Positions 43,967 to 53,275 of a stretch of DNA of 64,000 nucleotides are shown here, one piece after another; within the stretch, counting starts at the first letter, position 1; each line of letters begins with the position of its first letter. The position numbers and the translations under genes are program-made. This stretch comes from Dehalococcoidia bacterium (GTDB lineage Bacteria > Chloroflexota > Dehalococcoidia > UBA2979), in NCBI GenBank assembly GCA_965247925.1, contig CBDFIB010000004.1, positions 1,701,697 to 1,765,696 of the forward strand. The letters are read 5' to 3'. The notes under the pieces were generated by a model. It was not told the origin of the DNA. It saw only the letters and a program-made list of their open reading frames with translations, and did no database searches.

Positions 43967-44728
43967 CTCCCGGCGGCTCCTTTACTTCCGTCAGCGCAGG
44001 GTCGTGGCACACCTGCGGCGTGCGAGCGGACGGCTCCGTTGCGTGTTGGGGTCGCAGCGATTAAGGGCAGGCTTCGCCGCCTTCCGGGGCCTTCACTTCC
44101 GTGAGTGCCTACTTTGTCCGCACCTGTGGCTTGCGAGCGGACGGCTCCGTTGCGTGTTGGGGTCGCAGCGATTACGGCGAGGGTTCGCCGCCCGACGGCT
44201 CCTTCACCTTCGTCAGCGCAGGGGGATCACACACCTGCGGAGTCAGGTCGGACGGTTCCGTGGCTTGCTGGGGCAATGACGACTACGGGCGAGCGTCACC
44301 TCCCGGCGGCTCCTTTACTTCCGTTAGCGCAGGGTCGTGGCACACCTGCGGCGTGCGCACGGATCGCTCCGTTGCGTGTTGGGGTGACAGCGATTACGGG
44401 GAGGCTTCGCCACCTTCCGGGGCCTTCACTTCCGTCAGTGCCGGCGGTGGCTTCACCTGTGGCGTGCGGACGGGCGGCGCTGTCGCTTGCTGGGGGAGGT
44501 GGGTATACGGGCTGGAGTAAGCGTACTCGCCGAACCTGGCGTTGCCGCACGGCTTATCGTGATGCAGCGCCGAGCGGATCCGAGGCCCCGGCCAGTCGCG
44601 AGCATCCGCTCATACCGGAGCAGCACGCCACGCTGCCTCAGCGGCAGACGTTCGTCCCGGACGCGAAGGCCCGGAAGCGCGATGACCCTTGGTCAAGCGG
44701 GCCGCGCTCCCTCCCCCGCCGGCGCGCG

Positions 44729-45676
44729 CTACGCCTCGCCGGTGAGGAACCTCCGAGGCACCTCGATCGTCATCAGGTCGATCGTCTCCTGCGGGATGCC
44801 GTCCTGCAGCATCGCGGGGATCGCGGTGGTGGAGAGGAACGTGTAGCCGTTGGGGCCCGTCGGGTCGTGCGGGACCTCCGTCTCGCCGACGCGCAGCAGC
44901 GGCGTCAAGCCGTCGTGGCCGAGCATCAGCTTGTCCGCCCAGCCGCGCTCGATCAGCGTCTTCACGCTCGCGTTGCGCTCCTGCCAGTTCGCGCGCCCCG
45001 GGCGGCCCGGGTAACGGTCCATCGAGAGGTAGACGCCGGCCTTGAGCAGGTCCTCGAGGTAGTCGACGTCCGTCGTGTCGGCGGAGTGGCCGATCGCGAT
45101 GCGGTCCATCGGCGCGCCCTCCTCCTGGAAGATCTCGACCTGGCGGCGGCCGACCTCGGTGAGCGCCCAGTGGTGCGTCGAGATCGGGGTGCCGGTGCGC
45201 TTGCAGGCGCGCGCCGCGCCGCGAATCGTCGAGTCGTATGCCTCGGTGACGCCTTCCATGTCGTTGGCGACCTTGATCACGCCGGCCTTGATGCCGGTGT
45301 CGCCGATGCCGACCTCAATCTCGCGCACGAAGATGTCGGCGACCTCGTCGGGGTCGCGGTTGGTGAAGGACATCGGCGGTACGCGCCACATGCCCGTCGC
45401 GCAGATCACGTGCATGCCGGACTGCTCCGACATCTCGCGCACCAGCGCCGCGTCGCGGCCGAGGTCCGGCGTCGTGAGGTCGATCAGCGTCTGCACGCCG
45501 ACGGCGCGCGCCGCGGCGAGTCGCTCGAGGATCACGCGGCGGCTGGCGTCGAAGTCATACAGCCACGGGTACCAGTGGTTGTCCCCGCTGTTCGCCGTAA
45601 AGACGTGCTCATGGCTGAGCGTGAATCCCAGCTCGCTGTCGTCCATAGGTCCGAGTGCGGTCTCAACCTGCGCCAT
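44729..45676 (-). CDS. Phosphotriesterase-family (PTE/PLL) amidohydrolase
   Basis: Motifs are LGFTLSHEH, DLTTPDLGRD, ICATG, AGVIKVA (carboxy-Lys), PISTH, IGHS and LGHD. The ATG at 45676 follows GGAGGA. Confidence 0.9.
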   Translation of the reverse strand: MAQVETALGPMDDSELGFTLSHEHVFTANSGDNHWYPWLYDFDASRRVILERLAAARAVGVQTLIDLTTPDLGRDAALVREMSEQSGMHVICATGMWRVPPMSFTNRDPDEVADIFVREIEVGIGDTGIKAGVIKVANDMEGVTEAYDSTIRGAARACKRTGTPISTHHWALTEVGRRQVEIFQEEGAPMDRIAIGHSADTTDVDYLEDLLKAGVYLSMDRYPGRPGRANWQERNASVKTLIERGWADKLMLGHDGLTPLLRVGETEVPHDPTGPNGYTFLSTTAIPAMLQDGIPQETIDLMTIEVPRRFLTGEA

Positions 45677-45785
45677 CGCGTCCTCCGATTCTCCGCCGCA
45701 CGCTGCGGCGCCCTCGCGTCGCGTGCGCCTGCGCGGCGGCAGCGTCAGGATATGCTCTCGGCGCGAATCTTGCGGGAGGGTCCAG

Positions 45786-47503
45786 ATGGCGGTCGAGCGA
45801 GTGCTGGTCGAAAAGCACGTCACGGTGACGCTGCGCGACGGCGTCGAGACCCGCGGCGATCTCTACCGGCCCGCCGAGGGACCGCCCGTCCCCGGCATCG
45901 TCTGCCGCACGCCCTACGAAAGGAGGCGATCGGCGCCACCCGGGTGCTGCCCTCGCCGCTCAAGTTCGCCGAGGCAGGCTACGCCGTGCTCGTCGTCGAC
46001 GTGCGCGGCCGCTACTCCTCGGACGGCGCGTTCACGCCCTTCCACAACGAGGGGCGCGACGGCTATGACACGGTCGAGTGGATGGCCGCGCAGCCGTTCT
46101 GCAACGGCGAGGTCGGCATCTTCGGGCTCTCCTACTACGGGGCGACGACGCTGCTGGCGACGCGCGAGCGTCCGCCCTCGCTGCGCTGCGCTGCGGCGGT
46201 CATCACCGCCAGCGACTACTTCGACGACTGGACGCACTACGGCGGGGCGCTGCAGCTCGGCTTCAGCGGCACCTGGGGGATGGGCCTCGCGGCGGCGCAG
46301 CTGCTGCGCGAGGGCCACGGCATCCCGGGCGAGCACGTCGAAGCGCTTGGCCTCGCGATGGCCTCGCCGCTGCAGACGCTGAGCCACCGCCCGCTGAGCG
46401 AGCTGCCCGGCATGTCGCTGCCCGGCGTCGCGCCCTTCTGGGCGGAGTGGCTCGAGCACGACCGCCGCGACGAGCACTGGGAGGCGCTGCGCCTCTCGAG
46501 GGACTACGCGGACTTCGAGGTCCCCGTGATGCACGTCGGCGGCTGGTTCGACCTCTTCACGCTCGGGACCGTGCGCAACTTCCAGGGAATGCACGCGGCG
46601 GGCGTGGCCCCGCAGCGGCTCTGGATGGGGCCCTGGTCGCACACCTCGTACGAGCGCTACCACGGCGACGTGGACTTCGGCGGGACGGCTCCCGTGGGGC
46701 TGTGCGGGATCGCCGACGCCTACCTCGCGTTCTTCGACGAGTACCTGCGCGAGCAGCCGCCTGAGGAGCCGCAGCCGGCCGTCCGCTACTTCCTGATGGG
46801 GCAGAACGAGTGGCGCGACGCCTCGGCCTGGCCGCCCCCGGAGGCGTGCCGGCAGTCCCTCTACCTGCGCTCCGGCGGCGAGGCGAACAGCGCGCGCGGC
46901 GACGGCCGCCTCGAGGGCGGCGCCCCCGAGGGCGACGAGCCGGCCGATCGCTACCTCTACGACCCGGAGCGGCCCGTGCCGACCGAGGGCGGTTCGCTGC
47001 TCCAGCAGTCGGTCGGGCAGCCCGGCACGCGCGAGCAGTCGGCGATCGAGGCGCGCGATGACGTGCTCTGCTACACGACCGCGCCGTTCGAGCAGCCGCT
47101 GACCGTCGCCGGTCCGGTCACGGTCGAGCTGTGGGCCGTGACCGACGCGCCGGACACGGACTGGACGGCGAAGCTCGTCGCCGTCGATCCGGACGGGCGC
47201 GCGATCTCGCTCTGCGACGGCATCCGCCGCGCCAGCTTCCGCGAGTCGCTGACCGACCCCTCGCCGGTCACGCCGGGCCAGGCCTACCGTTACGAGATCG
47301 AGCTGGGCAGCACGGCCTACCGCTTCGGCGTCGGCCAGCGGCTGCGGCTGCAGGTCTCGAGCTCGAACTTCCCGCGCTTCGACGCCAACCCGAACACCGG
47401 CGAGCCCTCGTGGAGCGCCGTCGAGACGCGCCCCGCGGTGCAGCAGGTGCTGCACGACGCCGGGCGCCCCTCGGCGCTGCGGCTCTGGCTGCTGGACGAG
47501 TAA
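45786..47503 (+). pseudogene. CocE/NonD-family (Xaa-Pro dipeptidyl-peptidase-like) hydrolase with a 1-nt frameshift near 45920
   Basis: The N-terminus LRDGV....DLYRP.....P.IV.RTPY is in one frame. It continues in another frame as KEA...DVRGRYSSDG, DGYDTVEW, GLSYYG (nucleophile), GGWFD, GPWSH and VSSSNFPRFD.NPNTG. Confidence 0.85.
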
Positions 47504-47523
47504 GCCGGTCCGCCCGCCCGCCG

Positions 47524-48402
47524 TCAGGCCTGCGTGCGCTTCCCGATCTCGCGCGGCGGCATGCCGAGGATCGCGCGCGCCTCGTCGGGCGTCGCGACCT
47601 CGCGGCCGGCCATGTGGGCCATCTCGACGGCCATCTCGACATGGTCGACGTTCGTGTAGGCCTCGCTGCCGCGCTTGCCGTCGAGCATAGGGTTCTCGCC
47701 GATGCCGGTGCGGATGTGGCCGCCGCTGGCGGCGGCGAGCATGCTCGTGCGGCGCAGCGTCGGCTCGCCTGGGAGGCCGTCGTAGACGGTGTTGAACCAC
47801 TGGCAGTTCAGGCCCGGCGGCAGCAGGTCGAGGTACATCTTCAGGCCGTCCATGCCGGGAGGCGGACCCAGCGAGAACTCGTTCCAGAAGATCTTCATGA
47901 TCAGCGTGTCACCGATCAGCCCCTGCTCATGGAAACGGGCGAGGTGCCGCATGTGGCCGGTGTGGCGCACACCGATGCTGTAGCTGATGTTGAGTGCCCG
48001 AAGATCCTCGAGCAGCTTCGCCACAAAGCTGCCGTCGTGTCCGGTTATGCCTTCCTCCGGGAAGATGTCGACCGTCGCGAGTTCGAGGCCCTCTTCCTCG
48101 TTGTGCGCCAGCTCGAAGAGGTGCGGCGTGTTCTCCCGATGGGCGCCGCGCTGTGTCGGGTAAACGAGCACGTCCGGACACTCCGCGCGGATCAGCCGGT
48201 AGCACTCGAGGTACATCTCCGTGCCGAGGTGCCAGAGGTTCTGGCCGTCCTCGTCGCGCGTGTGGTAGTGGATGATCGCCGCGCCCGCCTTCGCGGCGGC
48301 GATGCCGTCGCGCGCGCCTTCCTCGGGGCCGTAGGGGACGTGCGGGTTGTCTTCCTTGCGCGCCGACTCGTTGATCGAGGCCTCGATGATCAGCTTTTCC
48401 AT
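47524..48402 (-). CDS. Beta-keto acid cleavage enzyme family (BKACE/DUF849, Kce-like)
   Basis: Motifs are KLIIEASINE, NPHVPYGPEE, AGAAIIHYHTR, GGHIRTGIGEN and GREVATPDEARAILG. Confidence 0.87.
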   Translation of the reverse strand: MEKLIIEASINESARKEDNPHVPYGPEEGARDGIAAAKAGAAIIHYHTRDEDGQNLWHLGTEMYLECYRLIRAECPDVLVYPTQRGAHRENTPHLFELAHNEEEGLELATVDIFPEEGITGHDGSFVAKLLEDLRALNISYSIGVRHTGHMRHLARFHEQGLIGDTLIMKIFWNEFSLGPPPGMDGLKMYLDLLPPGLNCQWFNTVYDGLPGEPTLRRTSMLAAASGGHIRTGIGENPMLDGKRGSEAYTNVDHVEMAVEMAHMAGREVATPDEARAILGMPPREIGKRTQA

Positions 48403-48444
48403 CGTTCTGTCCTCTCCTGGGTGCGACGCCGCCGCGCGCGGCGC

Positions 48445-49641
48445 TCAGCGTGCCGCGGTGACGCCGCGGTCGTGCAGCTGCTCGATGTCCGACCAGTCGT
48501 AGCCGAGGTCGAGCAGGATTTCCTCGGTGTGTTGTCCAAGCTCCGGCGCGGGCCCCTGCACGCCGCCCGGCGTCTCGCTGAGCTGCACCGGCATCCCGAT
48601 CGTGCGGTGGCCGGGGAAGGTCGGGTGCTCGAGGTTGACGAGGTAGCCGTTCTGCCAGTGCTGCGGCTCGGCGGCCACACCCGCGTAGTCGTAGACCGGC
48701 CCGCAGGGGACCTCCGCCTCGACGAGGGCGTGCAGCCACTCCTCGCGCGTCTTCGTGGCGAAGACCGCGCGGAACTCCTTGAGCAGCCACGGCCCGTTCT
48801 CGAAGCGCGCGAAGGGGTCTGCCGAGCGCGGGTCGTCGATCAGATCCTCGCGCTCCAGCGCGCGACAGATCCGCGGCCAGAACTTCGGGTCGAGGCCCGC
48901 GATCGTGAACCACTCGCCGTCGGAGGCCTCGTACCAGCTGAACGCCGCGTTACGCGAGACCCCAGGGTCCCGCCGCTCCTGCTTGCCCGTGTGCAGATAG
49001 GTCAGCAGCGAGAAGCCCTGGAGCGAGATCATCGCGCCGAGCTGGGAGACGTCGACCTTCTGGCCCACGCCGAAGCGCTCGCGGGCGAGCAGCGCCGTCA
49101 TCACGCCGTAGGCGAGGGTCATCCCGCCGACCTGGTCGGCGAGCCCCCAGGCGACCGAGGTGGGCACGCCGCCCGGTCCGCCGCCCTGCCCGACGAGCGC
49201 CCCGCTCATACCCTGCGCGACGTGATCGAAGGAGCCGCGCGTGCTCCATTCGCCCTCCGGCCCGAAGCCGCTGTTGACCGCGTAGATCAGCTTCGGATTC
49301 AGCTTGACCGACTCGTCGTAGCCGATGCCGAGCCTGTCCATGACGCCGGGACGGAAGTTCTCCACCATCACGTCGACGTCCGGCACGAGCTTCTGGATCA
49401 CCTCGCGCCCCTCCTCGGTGCGCAGTTCGAGCGTGATGCTGCGCTTGCCGCGGTTGAGCGCCTCGAAGTAGGCGGAGAAGCCGTCGGGCAGCCGCATGAC
49501 CGAGCGGCCCGGGTCGCCGTCGCCGGGCAGCTCCACCTTCAGCACCTCGGCGCCCATGTCGGCCAGCAGCTGCGTGCCGTGCGGTCCGTTCTGGTAGCGG
49601 GTGAAGTCGAGGATGCGGATCCCCTCGAGTGGTGACGTCAT
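48445..49641 (-). CDS. Family III CoA-transferase (CaiB/BaiF)
   Basis: Motifs are PLEGIRILDFT, LLADMGAEVLKVE, NRGKRSITL, ENFRPGVMDRLG, SGFG..G, LAD (catalytic Asp) and APELGQHT. Confidence 0.93.
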   Translation of the reverse strand: MTSPLEGIRILDFTRYQNGPHGTQLLADMGAEVLKVELPGDGDPGRSVMRLPDGFSAYFEALNRGKRSITLELRTEEGREVIQKLVPDVDVMVENFRPGVMDRLGIGYDESVKLNPKLIYAVNSGFGPEGEWSTRGSFDHVAQGMSGALVGQGGGPGGVPTSVAWGLADQVGGMTLAYGVMTALLARERFGVGQKVDVSQLGAMISLQGFSLLTYLHTGKQERRDPGVSRNAAFSWYEASDGEWFTIAGLDPKFWPRICRALEREDLIDDPRSADPFARFENGPWLLKEFRAVFATKTREEWLHALVEAEVPCGPVYDYAGVAAEPQHWQNGYLVNLEHPTFPGHRTIGMPVQLSETPGGVQGPAPELGQHTEEILLDLGYDWSDIEQLHDRGVTAAR

Positions 49642-49853
49642 GGCGTGCTCCTTCCGCACCGCGATCGAGGCTGATCCGGTGCGCGTCGCTGCTCGTCTCC
49701 GGGGCCAGACTTAGCACAAGCGGAGATAGCCTGTCGCGTTCCGGGTGTCCGGACGCGGGCGGGCATCGTCGCTGCGGGTGGATTCGCTACAATGCACGGC
49801 AGATCGCGCCGCAGACGCCGCGAACGCCAACGCCCGAAGAAGGAGTGCCGCGC

Positions 49854-52157
49854 ATGGTCGCCACAGACAAGCCCTACCAGGTGATCGGAACCCGCCCCGT
49901 CCGCCACGACGGAGCCGACAAGGTAACCGGACGGGCACGGTACGGTGCCGACGTGCGGCTGCCGCGGATGCTCTTCGGACGCGTCAAGCGCAGCCCCGTC
50001 GCCCACGCGCGCCTGATCAGCGTCGACACCTCGAAGGCGGAGGCGCTCGACGGCGTGCTCGCCGTGCTCACTGCGGCGGACCTGCCGGACCCCGGCGACC
50101 GTATCGTCCCGACGATCCGCGGCCTGACGCCGCTGCGCTGGCTGCGCGGCTTCCTGCTCGCCAACGAGAAGCTGGTCTTCCGCGGCCACCCGATCGCCGC
50201 CGTCTGCGCGACCGACCCGCACATCGCCGAGGACGCCCTCGACCTGATCGAGGTCGAGTACGAGGAGCTGCCCCCGGTGCTGGACGTGCAGGAGGCGATG
50301 TCCGACGCGGCCCCGGTGCTGCACCCCGACCTGCGCACCGAGGAGCTGGCGCAGGCCGCCTACAACGCCGAGGGCGACAAGCCGGCGGATCAGCAGACCA
50401 ACATCGCCAAGCACCTGGTGATGGCGCTCGGCGACACCGAGGCGGGCTTCGCCGAGGCGGAGATCATCGTCGAGGGCGAATTCGGCACCACGATGGCGCA
50501 CCAGGGCTACATCGAGCCGCACGCCTCGACGGCGATGTGGCAGCAGGACGGCGAGCTGATCGTCTGGACCTCGACGCAGGGCGCGTTCGGCATCCGCGAC
50601 AACCTGGCGATGATCCTCGAACTGCCGGTCTCGCAGATCAAGGTGATCCCGACGGAGATCGGGGGCGGCTTCGGCGGCAAGCTGAAGCTCTACTACGAGC
50701 CGCTCGCGGCGCTGCTCTCCCGCAAGACCGGCCACCCGGTGAAGATGCAAATGACGCGCACGGAGGTGCTGGAGGCGAGCGGCCCCACCTCCGGGACGCA
50801 CCACCGCGTCAGGATCGGCGCGAAGAACGACGGCACGATCGTCGCCGCCGAGGGCCACTTCGCCTACGAGGCGGGCGCCTACCCCGGCTCCCCCTACGTC
50901 GCCGGCGCGCGCTGCGCCTTCGGCCCGTACGACATCCCCAACCAGTTCGTCGAGGCCTGGGACGTCGTGCTGAACAAGCCGCAGGTCTCCGCCTACCGCG
51001 CGCCCGGCGCGCCGTCCTCGGAGTTCGCGGTCGAGTCGCTGGTGGACGAGCTGGCCGCGCGGCTCGAGATGGACCCGATGGAGCTGCGGCTCATGAACAG
51101 CGCTGTCGAGGGCACGCGTCGCACGGACGGCGCCGCCTTCGGCTCGATCGGCGCGAAAGAGGTGATGGAGGAGATCCGCAACAGCGAGCACTACCGCTCC
51201 GAGCTGCAGGGTGAGAACCGCGGACGCGGCGTCGCGATGGGCTTCTGGTTCAACGGCGGCAACGAGTCCAGCGCCTACGCCAACGTCAACGCCGACGGCA
51301 CGGTCAGCCTCGTCACCGGCTCGGTCGACATCGGCGGGCAGCGGGCGGCGCTGGCGATGACGCTCGCGGAGACGCTCGGCCTCGAGGCCGCGGACGTGCA
51401 CCCCTCGGTGGCGGCGGACACGGACTCGATCGGCTTCACCGGCAACACCGGCGGCAGCCGCACCACCTTCGCCACGGGCTGGGCCGCCTACGAGGCGGCG
51501 ATGGACATCCGCCGCCAGTTGGAGGAGCGCGCCGCCGCGATCTGGGAGGTCGAGCGCGACCAGGTGAGCTACGGCGACGACGGCATGCTCCACGGCCCCG
51601 CGGACGATGACGGCAACGAGCGTGCGCTGGGCTTCAAGGAGATCGCCGGCCGGCTCGGCAGGACCGGCGGCATGATCCAGGGCCGCGCGAACGTCAAGCC
51701 GACCACCGTCGGCCCGGCCTTCGCCGGCCACATCGTGGATGTCGAGGTCGACCCCGAGACCGGCAAGGTCGATGTGCTGCGCTACACCGCGGTGCAGGAC
51801 GTCGGAACGGCCGTGCACCCCTCGTACGTCGAGGGGCAGATCCAGGGTGGGGTCCAGCAGGGCGTCGGCATGGCGCTGAGCGAGGGCTACGACTTCGACG
51901 AGACCGGCCGGATGCGCAACTCGAGCCTGCTCGACTACCGCATGCCGACGGCGCTTGACCTGCCGATGATCGAGACGGTGCTCGTCGAGGTGCCGAACCC
52001 GGGCCACCCCTACGGCGTGCGCGGCGTCGGCGAGGTGCCGATCGTGCCGCCGCTGGCGGCGGTCGCGAACGCGATCGAGGACGCCATCGGCGTGCGCGTG
52101 CGCAAGCTGCCCGCCACCCCGGACGTGATCCTCGCCGAGCTGTACCCGGAGGAATAA
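49854..52157 (+). CDS. Xanthine dehydrogenase/aldehyde oxidoreductase family molybdopterin-binding large subunit
   Basis: Motifs are KVTGRARYGAD, HQGYIEPH, IGGGFGGK, AYRAPG, GQIQGG, DYRMPT and GVRGVGE. Confidence 0.92.
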   Translation: MVATDKPYQVIGTRPVRHDGADKVTGRARYGADVRLPRMLFGRVKRSPVAHARLISVDTSKAEALDGVLAVLTAADLPDPGDRIVPTIRGLTPLRWLRGFLLANEKLVFRGHPIAAVCATDPHIAEDALDLIEVEYEELPPVLDVQEAMSDAAPVLHPDLRTEELAQAAYNAEGDKPADQQTNIAKHLVMALGDTEAGFAEAEIIVEGEFGTTMAHQGYIEPHASTAMWQQDGELIVWTSTQGAFGIRDNLAMILELPVSQIKVIPTEIGGGFGGKLKLYYEPLAALLSRKTGHPVKMQMTRTEVLEASGPTSGTHHRVRIGAKNDGTIVAAEGHFAYEAGAYPGSPYVAGARCAFGPYDIPNQFVEAWDVVLNKPQVSAYRAPGAPSSEFAVESLVDELAARLEMDPMELRLMNSAVEGTRRTDGAAFGSIGAKEVMEEIRNSEHYRSELQGENRGRGVAMGFWFNGGNESSAYANVNADGTVSLVTGSVDIGGQRAALAMTLAETLGLEAADVHPSVAADTDSIGFTGNTGGSRTTFATGWAAYEAAMDIRRQLEERAAAIWEVERDQVSYGDDGMLHGPADDDGNERALGFKEIAGRLGRTGGMIQGRANVKPTTVGPAFAGHIVDVEVDPETGKVDVLRYTAVQDVGTAVHPSYVEGQIQGGVQQGVGMALSEGYDFDETGRMRNSSLLDYRMPTALDLPMIETVLVEVPNPGHPYGVRGVGEVPIVPPLAAVANAIEDAIGVRVRKLPATPDVILAELYPEE

Positions 52158-52221
52158 CCGCCGGCCGCTGATCGCGGCCGCGATGAGCCAACGTCGGCGC
52201 AAGCCGACCGGCGGAGGTGCG

Positions 52222-53181
52222 ATGTATCTGAACGAGTTCGCGCAGGACCTCGATGCGCTCGACATGACGGATGCCGAGGAGTTCCGCAGCCTGCTGCAGA
52301 GCGCAAGCGATCTCGCCATCCCGCACCAGGCGGGCGTGCGCTACGTCTCGCGCAATACCGTGGTGCAACGGCAGCGCTTCCACTTCCTGGAGTGGGGCGA
52401 TCCCGCCGCAGCGCCGCTGGTGTTGCTCCATGGGGGCAACCAGTCCGCGCACTCCTGGGACCTCGTCAGCCTTCACCTGGCGGGGCGCTACCGCGTGCTG
52501 GCGCTCGACCAGCGCGGACACGGCGACAGCGAATGGGCGCGCGACGCCGCGTACGGCATCGGCGAGATGGCCGAGGACGCGATCGCCTTCATCGGGCAGC
52601 TGGGCCTTGAGCGCCCGATCGTGATGGGGCACTCGATGGGCGGGCGCGTCACGATGGAGGTGCTGAAGCGCCGGCCGGGCATCGCGCGTGCCGCCGTCTT
52701 CGTCGACGTCGGCCCGGAGATCAGCGGCGAGGGCACGCGCGCGATCCGCGACTTCATCCAGCGCAACATCGAGTTCGACGACCTCGACGAGTTCATCGAG
52801 CGGGTCGTGGAGTACGACCCGTACCGCACGCGCGAGCACATCACGCGGACCGTGCGCTACAACCTGATCCAGCGCGCCGACGGCAAGTACATCACGAAGT
52901 CCGACCGCATCCTGAAAGATCCCGCCTTCCGCCGCGCCCGCGATAACGACGGCGTTCCGCTCAGCATCGGCCTCGATGTGGTGCGCGACTTCGACCTGCC
53001 TGCGCTGGTGATCCGCGGCGGCGACTCGAACGTGCTCACCGAGCAGGGGGCCGACGACTTCGCTGCGGCGATGCCGCAGGGGCAGTTGCGGACCGTGCCG
53101 GACTGTGGACATAACGTCCACTCGCAGAACACCTCCGGCTTCCTCGACGCCGTCACGCCGTTCCTCGACGCCCTGACGTAG
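52222..53181 (+). CDS. Alpha/beta-fold hydrolase
   Basis: It has LLHGG, LDQRGHGDS, the nucleophile elbow GHSMGG and a C-terminal GHNVH. The ATG follows GGAGG. Confidence 0.9.
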   Translation: MYLNEFAQDLDALDMTDAEEFRSLLQSASDLAIPHQAGVRYVSRNTVVQRQRFHFLEWGDPAAAPLVLLHGGNQSAHSWDLVSLHLAGRYRVLALDQRGHGDSEWARDAAYGIGEMAEDAIAFIGQLGLERPIVMGHSMGGRVTMEVLKRRPGIARAAVFVDVGPEISGEGTRAIRDFIQRNIEFDDLDEFIERVVEYDPYRTREHITRTVRYNLIQRADGKYITKSDRILKDPAFRRARDNDGVPLSIGLDVVRDFDLPALVIRGGDSNVLTEQGADDFAAAMPQGQLRTVPDCGHNVHSQNTSGFLDAVTPFLDALT

Positions 53182-53226
53182 CCAGCCACGAGGCGGCCGG
53201 GCGCGCCCGGCTGCGGACCCCGGACA

Positions 53227-53259
53227 GCAAGAAGGCCGCCCGAAGGCGGCCTTCTTTGC
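53227..53259. terminator. Bidirectional intrinsic terminator
   Basis: The hairpin AAGAAGGCCGCC-CGAA-GGCGGCCTTCTT lies between convergent genes. Confidence 0.8.
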
Positions 53260-53275
53260 GAGTCTGCGAGGGGCC

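Larger units (their letters stand above)
41836..44497 (+). repeat. About 111-bp coding tandem repeat array (12 units, split by IS256)
   Basis: The sequence ttcacctccgtcagcgc...cacctgcgg.gt..ggacggacggttccgtggc.tgctgggg recurs with about 111-nt periodicity. Confidence 0.9.
41671..44520 (+). pseudogene. Membrane-anchored RCC1/BLIP-II-like repeat protein (12 repeats of about 37 aa), interrupted by IS256 and with TAA at 44062-44064
   Basis: It has an N-terminal TM helix and the repeat FTSVSAG..HTCGVRTDGSVACWG....G.ASPP.G. Seven units lie before the IS and five after. Removing the IS restores the frame. Confidence 0.88.

Noticed and set aside
41836-44497. Repeat array as a CRISPR array or diversity-generating retroelement
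   Set aside because: The units are in-frame ~111-bp coding repeats without a repeat-spacer structure. There is no cas or reverse transcriptase gene, and the variation is not adenine-specific.
44525-44700. Possible IS5-family transposase tail on the minus strand (LRQRGVLLRYERMLATGRG)
   Set aside because: The resemblance covers only a few residues and no terminal repeat was found, which is too weak to call without a search.
44105-47503. A 1132-aa ORF as a single giant protein
   Set aside because: Only the part from about 45920 is coding (the CocE body). The upstream part overlaps the RCC1 repeats out of frame and the phosphotriesterase gene on the opposite strand.
49854-52157. Aerobic CO dehydrogenase large subunit (coxL)
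   Set aside because: The active-site loop is AYRAPG, not AYxCSFR (form I) or AYRGAGR (form II), and coxM/coxS are absent.
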